Part shown: positions 27,543 through 37,254 of the stretch, piece after piece
Numbering within the stretch: position 1 is the first letter of the stretch
How the letters are laid out: every line of letters begins with the position of its first letter
IMG/VR virus record: IMGVR_UViG_3300011269_000004
Span: 1 to 55,328 of that record
DNA from: a virus
Lineage: Duplodnaviria; Caudoviricetes
Strand: one strand, 5' to 3'
Length of the DNA stretch: 55,328 nucleotides
Made by a program: the position numbers and the translations under genes
Notes under the pieces: model-generated
Database searches by the model: none
What the model saw: only the letters and a program-made list of their open reading frames with translations
What the model was told of the DNA's origin: nothing

Positions 27543-28657
27543 TAAGGCTTCTTATCCTCTTGGAAACTTCCCGGCGTATCCGCAGGCTTCGCGGTTCTCG
27601 ATTGTCCTGTGGGTTTGAGCCAAGCAGGTAGAGGTTTGCCGGGACGTGCGTACTCCCACGTATCAGCCGCCGTCGCGCGCTTAGCCTCATAGCCGTTGTG
27701 AACAATCTCTTGAATCATTCCCATCTGGTCCTCTGGCAGCACGCCGCTTGAAGCCTGCGTGTACCAGCGCTGTACCCGCTGCTCGTAACTTCCCGCTCTC
27801 AACTCCTGCTCGATCTCCACGTTGGTCATACGGCCAGCGCCCTGCACCATTGTCCGCACTGCGGCAAATACCAGCGCGAGGCTGGCTTTGGCATTCCCGC
27901 GCTTGGCTGCCTCTACGTTCTTGTCGACGTCATCGGCTACCGTCTTTGCTTGCCGCGCTTCACTTGAGGCTTTGATTGCGTCGCGGGCATCGGCAATCTC
28001 TAACCCCCGCGTCAAAATATTCTGGTTCCTCCGTTCTTCATCCTCAATCTTCAGCCTTTCTTTTTCGTCACTGCGCTTTTGCTCGGCGTCCACCAACTTC
28101 TTCAGGTCAGGCGGAAGTTGAGGGTCGTAAATCGACCATTCCGTGCCCGCTGCATCGGAGATGATTCCTTTGGTCGGCTCAAACTTAAAGCGCGTTTTCT
28201 GCTGCGTTTCTTTGCCCGCTTCCGTTCCGGTCAAGTACAACGCGCGTTCCATCGCTTTCATCGGGTCAATCAAGCCTTTGTCCACCGAGTCGGCCAGTTC
28301 AGTTAGCACGGTCTGGTATTCCTTGGACGTGGACTTTGTGGACATGGCGCGAATCTGCGCGCTCACGCTCTCTTTGCCGATGCCAGGAATCAGCGAAGTA
28401 GTTCCAAATCCTTTCCCTGGCTGGAAGGTCACGCCAGATGTCCCGCCCCCAGGAGTCCCAACAGTGCCAAAAGGCTGCGGCTGCCCCCCCTGCTTGATTT
28501 TCTGTTGCAGTTCCATTAAGCCGAGAGCTAGTTGCAGCATCTTGAGTTTGTCGAAAGCGCCTTGCTGCCGCTCGTCGCGGAGTCCTGTACGGGCACCTTC
28601 GAGCTCGTTGCCCGCCCTGCCAGCACCTTGCGTTATAGCTTGTGCGAATCCGCCCAT
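27542..28657 (-). CDS. Internal virion (ejection) protein
   Basis: Gly/Gln-rich N-terminus, helical body; TAATG coupling. Confidence 0.6.
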   Translation of the reverse strand: MGGFAQAITQGAGRAGNELEGARTGLRDERQQGAFDKLKMLQLALGLMELQQKIKQGGQPQPFGTVGTPGGGTSGVTFQPGKGFGTTSLIPGIGKESVSAQIRAMSTKSTSKEYQTVLTELADSVDKGLIDPMKAMERALYLTGTEAGKETQQKTRFKFEPTKGIISDAAGTEWSIYDPQLPPDLKKLVDAEQKRSDEKERLKIEDEERRNQNILTRGLEIADARDAIKASSEARQAKTVADDVDKNVEAAKRGNAKASLALVFAAVRTMVQGAGRMTNVEIEQELRAGSYEQRVQRWYTQASSGVLPEDQMGMIQEIVHNGYEAKRATAADTWEYARPGKPLPAWLKPTGQSRTAKPADTPGSFQEDKKP

Positions 28658-29325
28658 TATGCCGACACCTGTGACGGAATATTCGCGTCGCCGAACCACG
28701 ATAAGCCGCTATCAGGTCCACCGATGTCTATTAGGCTAGGTTCTGTTGCGCTGCCACTACCTCCGCCGCTCGGCTTAGTTCGACCGCCAGTACCGAAGGA
28801 ACGCAGGAACGCCATAAGTGCGGGAGTCATGTTTTGCGGGTCTTTGAACGTTCCTCCAGGCAAACCCAGTGACGCGAGTACCTGCTGCAAAGCGGTCTGC
28901 TGATTCTGTTGCTGAAATGGCGCTAAGGCTTGAGCCTCTGACGCAGCAAAAATTCCTGGGGCTTGAGACAACCCTCTTTCAGCCAAATCCCCTTGCACGC
29001 GATTATTGATGCTCTGGACGAGCGAGTTGTCGAGCGGGCGTTGCGCCTTCAGTACCATCGCGGTCAGTTTCTCTGGATGGTTTATAAGGTCCATCAATAA
29101 ACTTTGGTACTGCGCGCGCTTGCGCTCCTCGATGACGTTGCCAACCTCGCCGGCGCCGAACAGCCCTCCAAGCAACGCTTTCATCCAATTCGGAGACGCA
29201 GCGGTATCGCCGCCACCGCTGAGTACTGACTTGAGGATGGCGTCGAGACTGCCTCCTCCACCGCCGAAATCGCCAGTGCCGCCACCGCCTGAGAGCAACG
29301 GGCCGAGATTTTGTAGTCCGTCCAT
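28657..29325 (-). CDS. Internal virion (ejection/pilot) protein
   Basis: Gly/Gln-rich, LAERGL..PG motif; position. Confidence 0.6.
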   Translation of the reverse strand: MDGLQNLGPLLSGGGGTGDFGGGGGSLDAILKSVLSGGGDTAASPNWMKALLGGLFGAGEVGNVIEERKRAQYQSLLMDLINHPEKLTAMVLKAQRPLDNSLVQSINNRVQGDLAERGLSQAPGIFAASEAQALAPFQQQNQQTALQQVLASLGLPGGTFKDPQNMTPALMAFLRSFGTGGRTKPSGGGSGSATEPSLIDIGGPDSGLSWFGDANIPSQVSA

Positions 29326-29326
29326 G

Positions 29327-29824
29327 TTATGCCGCCACAAGCCCCTTAAACGCATCTCCACTCAACAATGAATCTACGAGTCCTCCGCCGCCGCCTCCGC
29401 TACCAGCCTGAGCAGGCTTTGATGTCGTTCGGCTTAGAAGTTCAAGCAACGAATTTCCACCACTCGTCGCCCCTTCTGGTGTAAGTCCAGTTGAACCTCC
29501 TGCCGTCAATCCGAAAAATTTGTTGATAGCTTCTTGAATATTCCCTGTGGCCGATGGATTGTTCCCCAATCCGGCGTTTGACCCTCCGTATTGCGCGAAA
29601 TACTCTGGACTTAAACTGCCTCCTGTTAAACTCTGTAGGGTCGGCAACTGCTGTCCCACTGCCGCCGTCTGCGCCGCGTTCGTTGTCGGACTCTGGGGCT
29701 GCGGAGTCGTTGTCGCTTTTGGCGTTCCGGGTTTGCTTACAAGCGAATGAATCCCTTCTCCGATGGTCAATGCAGCAGCGGAGGATGTAAGAATCGCCGG
29801 AAGGAGGGCAATTATTTCAGGCAT
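29327..29824 (-). CDS. Internal virion (ejection/pilot) protein, small
   Basis: Hydrophobic Ala-rich N-terminus, low complexity; position. Confidence 0.55.
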   Translation of the reverse strand: MPEIIALLPAILTSSAAALTIGEGIHSLVSKPGTPKATTTPQPQSPTTNAAQTAAVGQQLPTLQSLTGGSLSPEYFAQYGGSNAGLGNNPSATGNIQEAINKFFGLTAGGSTGLTPEGATSGGNSLLELLSRTTSKPAQAGSGGGGGGLVDSLLSGDAFKGLVAA

Positions 29825-30267
29825 AGCGGCCCAGCCATCACCAAATGATTTCCACCAACTTGACTTCCTTTCGCTCGCTCGATGAGCTTTCTAAGTTTAG
29901 CTTGCGCGGGAACGGTCGGGTCAACAAATGTCATGTATCCGACGTACCCTCGCTCCAGCAAATCATCCATGAACCTGCGCAACAGCGCGGTCAGTTTGCC
30001 GAGCGAAGTCCCCGGCATGAGTGCCAAGCGGTAAATCATCGCTACGCCGTGGCAAGGCGCCGCAACGAGCACCCCGCAGATAACAGCGGATGCCTGTGAA
30101 GCGGCACCGCGTCGCATAACGATGGAACAGGGTTCTTCCACTACCCATATCCACTCGCCGTCGAGCCTGCCAAGTTGGTCGAAGCCTATGCGCAGTTCCG
30201 CTGGAATCACATCGCCTTTCTGATAGTGGCGAACGACTGTTCCCGTCAGCAGGTCGAGAACATTCAC
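29812..30267 (-). CDS. GNAT-like protein preceding ejection genes
   Basis: WIWVVE...ICGVLVA and ERGY.GYMTFV strand-helix pattern; position typical of podophage assembly acetyltransferase-like genes. Confidence 0.5.
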   Translation of the reverse strand: MNVLDLLTGTVVRHYQKGDVIPAELRIGFDQLGRLDGEWIWVVEEPCSIVMRRGAASQASAVICGVLVAAPCHGVAMIYRLALMPGTSLGKLTALLRRFMDDLLERGYVGYMTFVDPTVPAQAKLRKLIERAKGSQVGGNHLVMAGPLCLK

Positions 30268-30563
30268 TGAATCACTCCGTTCGTAATGTTCCCGTGCCAG
30301 TGACCTGAACCGCTTGCGTCGATAGAAGGAGTCACTGTCATATTTTCAAAAGATTGCCCGCTGATATTCCACGCCATTGCTTCTTTGCATCCAACAACAA
30401 CCATGTTCCAGTCCTTACCGAGTACTTTCTCAAAGAGGTCGTATTGTTCCTGTGATGACATCACTACGTTCTTACAAGACAGCAAATCTTTCTGACAGTG
30501 CGGGCATTTGAACAGAAATACGTTTGTGTGAATCCAACGCGGCTCTAGTTCTATAAGCCTCAA
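30264..30563 (-). CDS. DUF6527-like protein
   Basis: F.CPHC...W...G..FE..T.TPSI......WHG.ITNG. Confidence 0.7.
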   Translation of the reverse strand: MRLIELEPRWIHTNVFLFKCPHCQKDLLSCKNVVMSSQEQYDLFEKVLGKDWNMVVVGCKEAMAWNISGQSFENMTVTPSIDASGSGHWHGNITNGVIQ

Positions 30564-32263
30564 GAAATCGCTCCTGCCAAAACTCCGAGCGGCCGTGGCA
30601 CGACATGGAACCCGATCGCGTCGATAGTGACCTGCCCAGTGCCGCTGATAATCGCGTCGAAGCGGTCGTGCGTGACGCCCACCGGTGCTTGCGCGTTGAT
30701 GTCTCCCGTGGCGGGCAGTGGCACTGAGGTAGCGCCTCCCGCCACTCCCGCCACTCTAGGCTGTATCGTCAACTTCGCTGAAATAGCGTCCACGTAGCCG
30801 CGTACCCACACGCGTCGGCAGTACAAGCGCATGTCCGCATCTTTCGCCGCTGTAGTCGGGCTGCGCACGCTCCAAGCAACCGCGCCCGGAGTTGAAGAGC
30901 CAGCCACAGAGGTCGCCCAGGTCAAATCTCCGGCCTGCCAGCGTTGCATTGTCCCATCGCTGAAGCTGCCGAGAACGGTTACAGGATTTGCGCTCAATGT
31001 GCGCGCTTGCATGGCCGTCGAAATCGGGAAAGGCAAATCAACTACTGCCCATCCTTTTAGAACCAAATCGAAGAATAGCGCACGGGTAAGTTGCCCTCCG
31101 CTGTTTCCGATAGGAATGAAGAACGCACACCCTGGAGGGTTGGCGGTCTGCGCCGCCCACGACGAGGCGATGAAATTGGAATCAGCTACCACGATGTCCG
31201 CAACGTCCGCATCGTTCAGTGGGAAGAGATACGGTCGCATTTGTTCCGAGATGATGCGGTCGTTTACCCCGTCGAATACCGCGATGCCAAGGTGCGCAAG
31301 CCTGCCAATGCCGAAGCCCGGAAGGAACTGGATGGTGCGCGGCGCTGTGCAGCCCATGTCGGTAAGTGCCCGTTGAATGGTAAAGTTTGCAGCGCCGAAA
31401 ACTCCGACGATCTGATAACTCGAAAAATTCTTGAATACTGCGAGCGAGCCTTCCGGCGGGATCCCCTGCGCGGCGATGGTGAAGGACATCAAGCCCATGC
31501 CTTCGGTGCCATCGTCTTTGTCGAGGAAGGCTTGATTGATGGGGTTCCAGCTATTCAGGTTGTTCACGTCGCACATGCGCAGCGAGCACGGGCCGTCCAA
31601 GCCCGTTGCCGTGTTGACGTTGAATGTGTTCCAGGCCCACAGCGAGCCTGCGTATACGGTTAAGTGCGAAGCGCCGGGAGGCGGAGGAGCGGCGGTATTG
31701 AGCAGTCCAGCTTCCTGCCAGATGACTTGCCCATCCGCAACGCGTTGTCCTGTCCCAGTCGGAAAAGTTGGTTGTCCGCTTCCGCTTGTTCCGCCCTGCA
31801 CGGCTTTGTAGTAATGACCGTTAGTGGCCGTGGGCACAATTATGCTGTTCACAGCGTAAGACACGCTGGCCGTCCATACCGGAAATGCCGGCGTGAATTT
31901 ACTGGTGATCGACACCGCAGTAACCGTCAGCGTCCCGCCTGAAGAGGCTCCCGCGCCAATCGCTGCCAGATTACGAATGATGATTTGAGTAGGTCCGGGG
32001 ATATTAAGAATAGCGAATGCTCCGTTGTACACGGAGTTTCCGATGTTCTGGAGCAGTACGCTTCCCGGCAAAAGCGTGATGCCATGATTGCCTGCGAGCG
32101 TGATGGTGACGACTCCAAAGGCATCTACGCTGATTGCCGTAACCACTTGGGCTACAGCGGGGTTGGTTGGCGTGCCGGAGGCATCACTGTAGACTTGCGG
32201 CGGGTATGTATTCCCCATCGCCAGCGCCGCTTGATTTGTGAACTCCACAATTTGCAGTGGCAT
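30560..32263 (-). CDS. Tail nozzle/stabilisation protein, C-terminal part (P22 gp10/T7 gp12-like propeller) with inserted CBM-like module
   Basis: LAVFKN.S.Y.I.G, MGC.AP.TI, GI.VFDG....IS motifs; W.AS.SY..N.I......HYY insert. Confidence 0.65.
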   Translation of the reverse strand: MPLQIVEFTNQAALAMGNTYPPQVYSDASGTPTNPAVAQVVTAISVDAFGVVTITLAGNHGITLLPGSVLLQNIGNSVYNGAFAILNIPGPTQIIIRNLAAIGAGASSGGTLTVTAVSITSKFTPAFPVWTASVSYAVNSIIVPTATNGHYYKAVQGGTSGSGQPTFPTGTGQRVADGQVIWQEAGLLNTAAPPPPGASHLTVYAGSLWAWNTFNVNTATGLDGPCSLRMCDVNNLNSWNPINQAFLDKDDGTEGMGLMSFTIAAQGIPPEGSLAVFKNFSSYQIVGVFGAANFTIQRALTDMGCTAPRTIQFLPGFGIGRLAHLGIAVFDGVNDRIISEQMRPYLFPLNDADVADIVVADSNFIASSWAAQTANPPGCAFFIPIGNSGGQLTRALFFDLVLKGWAVVDLPFPISTAMQARTLSANPVTVLGSFSDGTMQRWQAGDLTWATSVAGSSTPGAVAWSVRSPTTAAKDADMRLYCRRVWVRGYVDAISAKLTIQPRVAGVAGGATSVPLPATGDINAQAPVGVTHDRFDAIISGTGQVTIDAIGFHVVPRPLGVLAGAIS

Positions 32264-33351
32264 TAGAGCAGTAGCCTCCCGCCACCTGTTCCGCCTCCGC
32301 CACCCGAACCGCCTCCTCCTGTACCTCCACCGCCTCCCGAACCACCGCCACCTCCGCCTACAGAGGTAAACGAACTAAGTAGAGCTGGAAACAGCGCGAC
32401 GATGTTGGAATTGTTGTAGGAGACAGGGAGCGACGCGCTTGAGCCAGCGATCACAGGCATCTTGAACAGCACGATTTGTTGTGTCGTGTCGCTGAAGGGC
32501 GTCAGCGTAGGATTCGTCGTCACTGTTCCGCCAGTGGAAACTGTCCCCACGGGAACCCCCGTTGGACTCCCTGTGGCAATGAATGTATTGGATGACGGTA
32601 TCCCTGTGACCGTCCATACGATGTTCATTCCTGCTACAGAACCTCCGGCGTAAGTAATTCCAATGCCAAGAGCCGGAGTTCCTCCAGTGGTCGTAAAGAT
32701 TGCCGAGGTAGCCGATTGCAGGCTGGCTTGCGTCACAGTAAATGAGTTACTGGTGACCGGCGAGCCGTCATCGGTATAGGTGGCGGTCAAGGAACCTGCA
32801 CTAGGCTGAGGCACAGGCAATCCACTGGCGATTAACAGAAAGATGGAGCCAGAACCGCGGTCGCTATAGATGTTGTATCCCGCAGCATTAGGGACCACAT
32901 TCCAAGTGAGAATGACTTTATGCGCGGGAGATGCTTGAACGTAAGTGGCGATGGGTGACGCCAGCGTTTCGCCGCCTACCCCATCAATCGCCGTCACGCG
33001 ATAGCGAGCCGTGACGTTGACTGGCAGACTTCCGCCTGCTCCGCCGTCCGCAGTGCCCAAGTTTTGTGGCGCGCCCAGAGGCAAATCCAGAGCTTGCGCC
33101 AGCACAAGGTAATAGTTAGAAACACCTGTGGGCTGGAATAGAAAGATGACGAGCATCTTTCCTCGTCCAAGCGTAGGGACTCCGTTGAATTCGTGAATGC
33201 CAAGCGAGCCATCGCAGGTATGCAGAGAACCGCGCTTGGTGAGCAGAAGATTACTCATGCGCGGTACTGTCCCTTTTGGTTGAGACAATACTCCCGCACT
33301 GGCATCGAGGCCGCGTTGAAATGGACCATGCGTAGATCCTTTTACTGTCAT
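32263..33351 (-). CDS. Tail nozzle/stabilisation protein, N-terminal part with FN3-like insert
   Basis: F.RGLD......P......SN......GSL...DG N-terminus; YRVTAID..GGET, LTW..VP.A.GYNIY; poly-Gly tail. Confidence 0.6.
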   Translation of the reverse strand: MTVKGSTHGPFQRGLDASAGVLSQPKGTVPRMSNLLLTKRGSLHTCDGSLGIHEFNGVPTLGRGKMLVIFLFQPTGVSNYYLVLAQALDLPLGAPQNLGTADGGAGGSLPVNVTARYRVTAIDGVGGETLASPIATYVQASPAHKVILTWNVVPNAAGYNIYSDRGSGSIFLLIASGLPVPQPSAGSLTATYTDDGSPVTSNSFTVTQASLQSATSAIFTTTGGTPALGIGITYAGGSVAGMNIVWTVTGIPSSNTFIATGSPTGVPVGTVSTGGTVTTNPTLTPFSDTTQQIVLFKMPVIAGSSASLPVSYNNSNIVALFPALLSSFTSVGGGGGGSGGGGGTGGGGSGGGGGTGGGRLLL

Positions 33352-34595
33352 GGCAAAATTAGACCGCCTGCTGGAGTCGGAGCGAAAACTTGTGTAGTAT
33401 TCGCTCCGCCAACCTGCACGAACGAAGCGACGCCTTTATACGATGCCATCCATGCTTCGCCTTCGCTCTTGAATTGGTCGAATAAGTCCTTGGCTGCTTG
33501 ACGGTCCAGTTCTGAATCACGCGCACAGCCAAGCAAGTACAATTTCAAAATCGCGTCCCATCCGTCAGGAACGGGAAGATTGAGCAGTGATTGCCCAGGT
33601 GAATAAGTTGTCCCGAACACGCGCCGCCCGCACCAAAACAGTGGCAATTCAGTGACTACTGTTCCAGAAGGCCAAGCCACCGCAGGAGAAGCGGAACCTA
33701 CTCCGCGAATTAGCCCGCTCATATTCGCGCCAAGTTGAGAATAAGCGACAATTTCAGTGCCGATCATGGCAAAACCAAATGGCAAGAGGAACACTGCGCT
33801 GTTGGCAATCGGCACACTGGTATCGGTAGCCAGCATGCTTGCGGTAGTCGTTGTCACGCCAGCGTTTCGGTCAGGCTGGTAACTGGTTTCGATTACTTGG
33901 CGGTCAGTGAAGATGCTGATTACGACGCCGGTTAGAATTTGCGAATTGACCGTGTTGCGCCGGAAAAAGTCTCCACGCTTGCCCCCTTGCACCCAATATC
34001 CGCCGTACCATACATCGGTTATCTTCAGCCACTCGCCGGGGAGCACGTACAACGGATTCCCTGCCTTGGTAGGCACGCCTGCGTAGTCGAGTAAGCCTCC
34101 AGTGATGCGAGAAAGTTTTTTCAGCCCTTCATTTAACCAGCCGAATACGGTTGAGGCTCCAAATTGCGGTCCATCCATGTCTGGGTTGTATGCTGTGGAT
34201 CTAGAAGGAGGTATTCCGGCATTGGAAAGCAAAAGGAAAGTAATAGGTGCGACGAAGGTTGTTATATCTCCAAGAACTGCGTTTTCCGCTCCAGAAATAG
34301 TTCCAAGATATATTCTTAATTTAGTGACAAGCGTTGAAATCGTAGGAGCATTCTGCGTTACGCTTACAGTGATGGCGTTCTGTCCCCCTGAGAGAATGAC
34401 AGCAACTTCCGCAGATGGTAAGGATTCGCCCCAAGGAGTAAAAAGCGTGGCTTGCAGAAAATAAGTTCCTATAGAAAAGGACCCTCCAATAGCAGTAGTA
34501 CCTACTGCGGAAAGGATAATCGCAGTGAACGGAGTTGGAGGCAGGTCAGGTATCTGCGCCCGTGCCCCCATGATGACATCGCCTACCAGTGCCAC
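33348..34595 (-). CDS. Head-tail adaptor protein with inserted domains
   Basis: V.D.I..AR..IPD, WLNEG...L, Y.LP..WLKI, L.VP..W...L..Y motifs; position after capsid genes. Confidence 0.6.
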   Translation of the reverse strand: MALVGDVIMGARAQIPDLPPTPFTAIILSAVGTTAIGGSFSIGTYFLQATLFTPWGESLPSAEVAVILSGGQNAITVSVTQNAPTISTLVTKLRIYLGTISGAENAVLGDITTFVAPITFLLLSNAGIPPSRSTAYNPDMDGPQFGASTVFGWLNEGLKKLSRITGGLLDYAGVPTKAGNPLYVLPGEWLKITDVWYGGYWVQGGKRGDFFRRNTVNSQILTGVVISIFTDRQVIETSYQPDRNAGVTTTTASMLATDTSVPIANSAVFLLPFGFAMIGTEIVAYSQLGANMSGLIRGVGSASPAVAWPSGTVVTELPLFWCGRRVFGTTYSPGQSLLNLPVPDGWDAILKLYLLGCARDSELDRQAAKDLFDQFKSEGEAWMASYKGVASFVQVGGANTTQVFAPTPAGGLILP

Positions 34596-34605
34596 GTTTC
34601 ACTCC

Positions 34606-34806
34606 CTACTGTCCCGGTGCGGTTGCCGGATCCGGCCAAGAGCCAGTATCCGCTTGCGCATCAGTCTGTGCGCTGGCATTCGCCGCCACTTGAGTTTCCG
34701 CATCGCCTACCAGCATGTAAATCTCATTGTCGCTCAGCGCGTGTCCAAGATTCGTCAACCTAGTCTTGAGCGCGTTGAAAATGTTCAAGCGCATCGCAGA
34801 GGGCAT
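34606..34806 (-). CDS. Small hypothetical protein (paralogue of 34808..35023)
   Basis: LNIFNALKTRLTNLGHALSD. Confidence 0.65.
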   Translation of the reverse strand: MPSAMRLNIFNALKTRLTNLGHALSDNEIYMLVGDAETQVAANASAQTDAQADTGSWPDPATAPGQ

Positions 34807-34807
34807 C

Positions 34808-35023
34808 TCAAACCTCTTTCACGAACGGCCTCACTGGATGCGCGACTATTTCCGTAGCCGCATGGGTAGTAGCGTTGGCCGAATCGGTGTTGATGACATT
34901 CATCACGTCAATCATCAGCGTGTGATATTGAGAATCGGTAAGTGTATGCCCTCCGGTTTCGAGGCGCTTACGTAGCGCGGCCAAGATGTCTAATCCAGTT
35001 TGCGTGGTTGCGAGGTTGGCCAT
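34808..35023 (-). CDS. Small hypothetical protein (paralogue of 34606..34806)
   Basis: LDILAALRKRLETGGHTLTD; AAGGAGG RBS. Confidence 0.65.
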   Translation of the reverse strand: MANLATTQTGLDILAALRKRLETGGHTLTDSQYHTLMIDVMNVINTDSANATTHAATEIVAHPVRPFVKEV

Positions 35024-35039
35024 TCGATTCCTCCTTAGC

Positions 35040-35069
35040 AAAAAAGGCTGAGCCGTTTCCAGCCCAGCC
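35040..35069 (-). terminator. Intrinsic terminator after capsid/decoration genes
   Basis: GGCTGGGCTG-GAAA-CGGCTCAGCC followed by T6 on the - strand. Confidence 0.8.
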
Positions 35070-35101
35070 CTTTTCACCAGACGCGAGCGACAAACTTTTT
35101 T

Positions 35102-35575
35102 CTAACTGACTCCTGAAATCTCCAAGTCTAATTTCCCGGCAGGCGTGGTGCCGCCCATGGTTATGTCCGCAGTCAACTGGTTCACGTTGATGTCCACAAG
35201 GAACGGGATCAGGAAATCCAATCCACCAGGAACAACTAGTCCCGCCGCCAGCGATCCGCCATTGGTATACGGAGAACCCGTCGCCGCCGCAGTGGACATA
35301 ACCAAAGGCGTTGTCGGGTTGTAGCGGAAGATGACGACAAACGTGGTGCCATCGGTAAGAATCAAGTCCAATAAGACCACTGTCGGGCTGGTGCCTGTGG
35401 CACCGTAAATCTTTGCGCGCACGTATCCGCGAGAAATGGTAGGCGTGAGGCCTGTGAGCGAGTAACTGGTCGGGCCGGTGCCTGTCACCACGTTCTGCGT
35501 CAGGAACAAGGTATCCGCTTGGAATGGCGAACCAAAGCTCGGAAGAATTGTAGGCAATCGGTTGGTAAACGACAT
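35102..35575 (-). CDS. Capsid decoration/cement protein (putative)
   Basis: Beta-rich 157 aa directly after MCP, strong RBS, followed by terminator. Confidence 0.55.
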   Translation of the reverse strand: MSFTNRLPTILPSFGSPFQADTLFLTQNVVTGTGPTSYSLTGLTPTISRGYVRAKIYGATGTSPTVVLLDLILTDGTTFVVIFRYNPTTPLVMSTAAATGSPYTNGGSLAAGLVVPGGLDFLIPFLVDINVNQLTADITMGGTTPAGKLDLEISGVS

Positions 35576-35587
35576 GCTCTCTCCTTT

Positions 35588-36700
35588 TTAGCTCAAGCCA
35601 GTGATCGAAGTCGCTGTGCGCGGGTTGACGTTCGAGAGTTGCATCACGACTACAACTCTGCTCACCACAACTTCTTGGTTCGAGGCCATCAGCCAAGGCC
35701 GAATGATGAAGTACCCGCGATTGTGATAATTCATCCAGAAGTATGTCGAGTTCCACATTAGGCCAGTGCCCGCCGTGTTGTACTGATCCGCGAGCACCGT
35801 AGCGTTGTTGAACCGGAAGTGGTAGCGGATGGAGGTCTGCACCGGCTCCTTGTCGCTCATGTTGTCCACGGAGCGGATGATGGAGGTCGAGGTCGAACTT
35901 ACGGAAGTGAACTGTGTTTTGAACTTTCCGTAGTCGAAGTTGTTCAGGATAAGCGTGTCCGGCTCGTCGTAGCCGAATACGATGCCTTGATAAGCGGTTT
36001 CCGCGTTCAGGACCGTCAGAGCTCCGCCTCCGTTGGCCGTTGCCGCCGTGGGATTCCATGCCGTAGTGGTCGAGCGGTTGATGCCCGCGATGGTGTTATT
36101 CTGCGTGGCTATCCACGCGATGATGTTGTCGATGTCGATGGAAGTGTTCTGCGGCGCGGTTCCGTACACGGCGCGCGCTAATTTGGGCAACAAAGACGCT
36201 GCGCAAGTCTGCATCTTGCCCTTCACGACGTCGATTGCGCTCGCTCCGCCGGAACCGAGAATGATGTCCAGCGTGGGAATCGCGCAAACCTGATAGTACG
36301 CGCGCCACACTTGGTTCGCGGGCTGGATGGAGTCGATAACCGCAGTGTTGAGCACCTGGTCGCCCCAGAACGCGCCACCAGTCGGCTCCTCTTGCGTCAA
36401 GAGCGGAAAAACCAACTCGGCACCCGTGACATGCTTGCCGCTGCGCTGCAACGCCCAGTACGTCGGCGAGGGCTTGATTACGATGTCCGACATGAAGGGC
36501 GCGATTTTCTTCTGGGAAATTGCATCTAGGGTATTTACCATGAGGGCACTAGGTGATTGAATACCTGTGCCAGTGACTCCAGCCGCCCACTCAACGGGAC
36601 CGATATACTCGTAGGAATCACGATGGATGATTTCCATCGTCTCTATGTCGAGTACGACGCGAGTTGAAATACGTCGGGCTTTCAAGATTTCTTCTTGCAT
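35588..36700 (-). CDS. Major capsid protein (HK97 fold)
   Basis: ~370 aa after scaffold; TIAGINRST..W, EPD.L....Y..F, FNNA.V..D, L..VNPR motifs. Confidence 0.8.
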   Translation of the reverse strand: MQEEILKARRISTRVVLDIETMEIIHRDSYEYIGPVEWAAGVTGTGIQSPSALMVNTLDAISQKKIAPFMSDIVIKPSPTYWALQRSGKHVTGAELVFPLLTQEEPTGGAFWGDQVLNTAVIDSIQPANQVWRAYYQVCAIPTLDIILGSGGASAIDVVKGKMQTCAASLLPKLARAVYGTAPQNTSIDIDNIIAWIATQNNTIAGINRSTTTAWNPTAATANGGGALTVLNAETAYQGIVFGYDEPDTLILNNFDYGKFKTQFTSVSSTSTSIIRSVDNMSDKEPVQTSIRYHFRFNNATVLADQYNTAGTGLMWNSTYFWMNYHNRGYFIIRPWLMASNQEVVVSRVVVVMQLSNVNPRTATSITGLS

Positions 36701-36711
36701 CTTCGTCTCCC

Positions 36712-37224
36712 TCAACAGGCGATTCCTATTACATCGAACTGAACTTTCTCGTGCGGACATTTTCCGTCTGGACTGTGTGCCTTGCCTAGATTGCAGTTAA
36801 AGCAGTGCGCAGCGAAATCTTCTTTCGGGTAGCCGTTCTTCCTCAGCCAGAGGTAGAGGGCCGTACCGCCTCGCGGAATGTGGGCATACAAGTCGGGACG
36901 GTTTTTGTACCCGTAGACGTGCTCAACCGTGAGGAAGCCCTTTTCGCTTTCCCCGCAGCAAGAGCACTTGCCGCCGTAGGCATCAATTACTTCGTCTTTC
37001 AGTGCTACGCGGTAATCAACGTGATAAGCGAGTGTTTTAGCGTGGTCTTTCCAGTACTGCCTCTGGTTGTACTGACGTATTTTTTCTGGATGAGTTTTCG
37101 CATAATTGCGACGGTACTCATTGAATTCAGCGCGGAACTTATTCCTATGGCGGAGTACCTTCTGTACGCCCGCAGCTTTTCGCTGTTCTTCGGTCAGATA
37201 CTTTCTTGGTCGTCCTCTGCCCAT
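36712..37224 (-). CDS. HNH-like endonuclease
   Basis: YGGKC.CCGE....FLT.EH, LY.WL.KNGYP, CFNCN. Confidence 0.85.
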   Translation of the reverse strand: MGRGRPRKYLTEEQRKAAGVQKVLRHRNKFRAEFNEYRRNYAKTHPEKIRQYNQRQYWKDHAKTLAYHVDYRVALKDEVIDAYGGKCSCCGESEKGFLTVEHVYGYKNRPDLYAHIPRGGTALYLWLRKNGYPKEDFAAHCFNCNLGKAHSPDGKCPHEKVQFDVIGIAC

Positions 37225-37254
37225 GTTCTCCTCCGCAGCTATTTTACACTGCGG

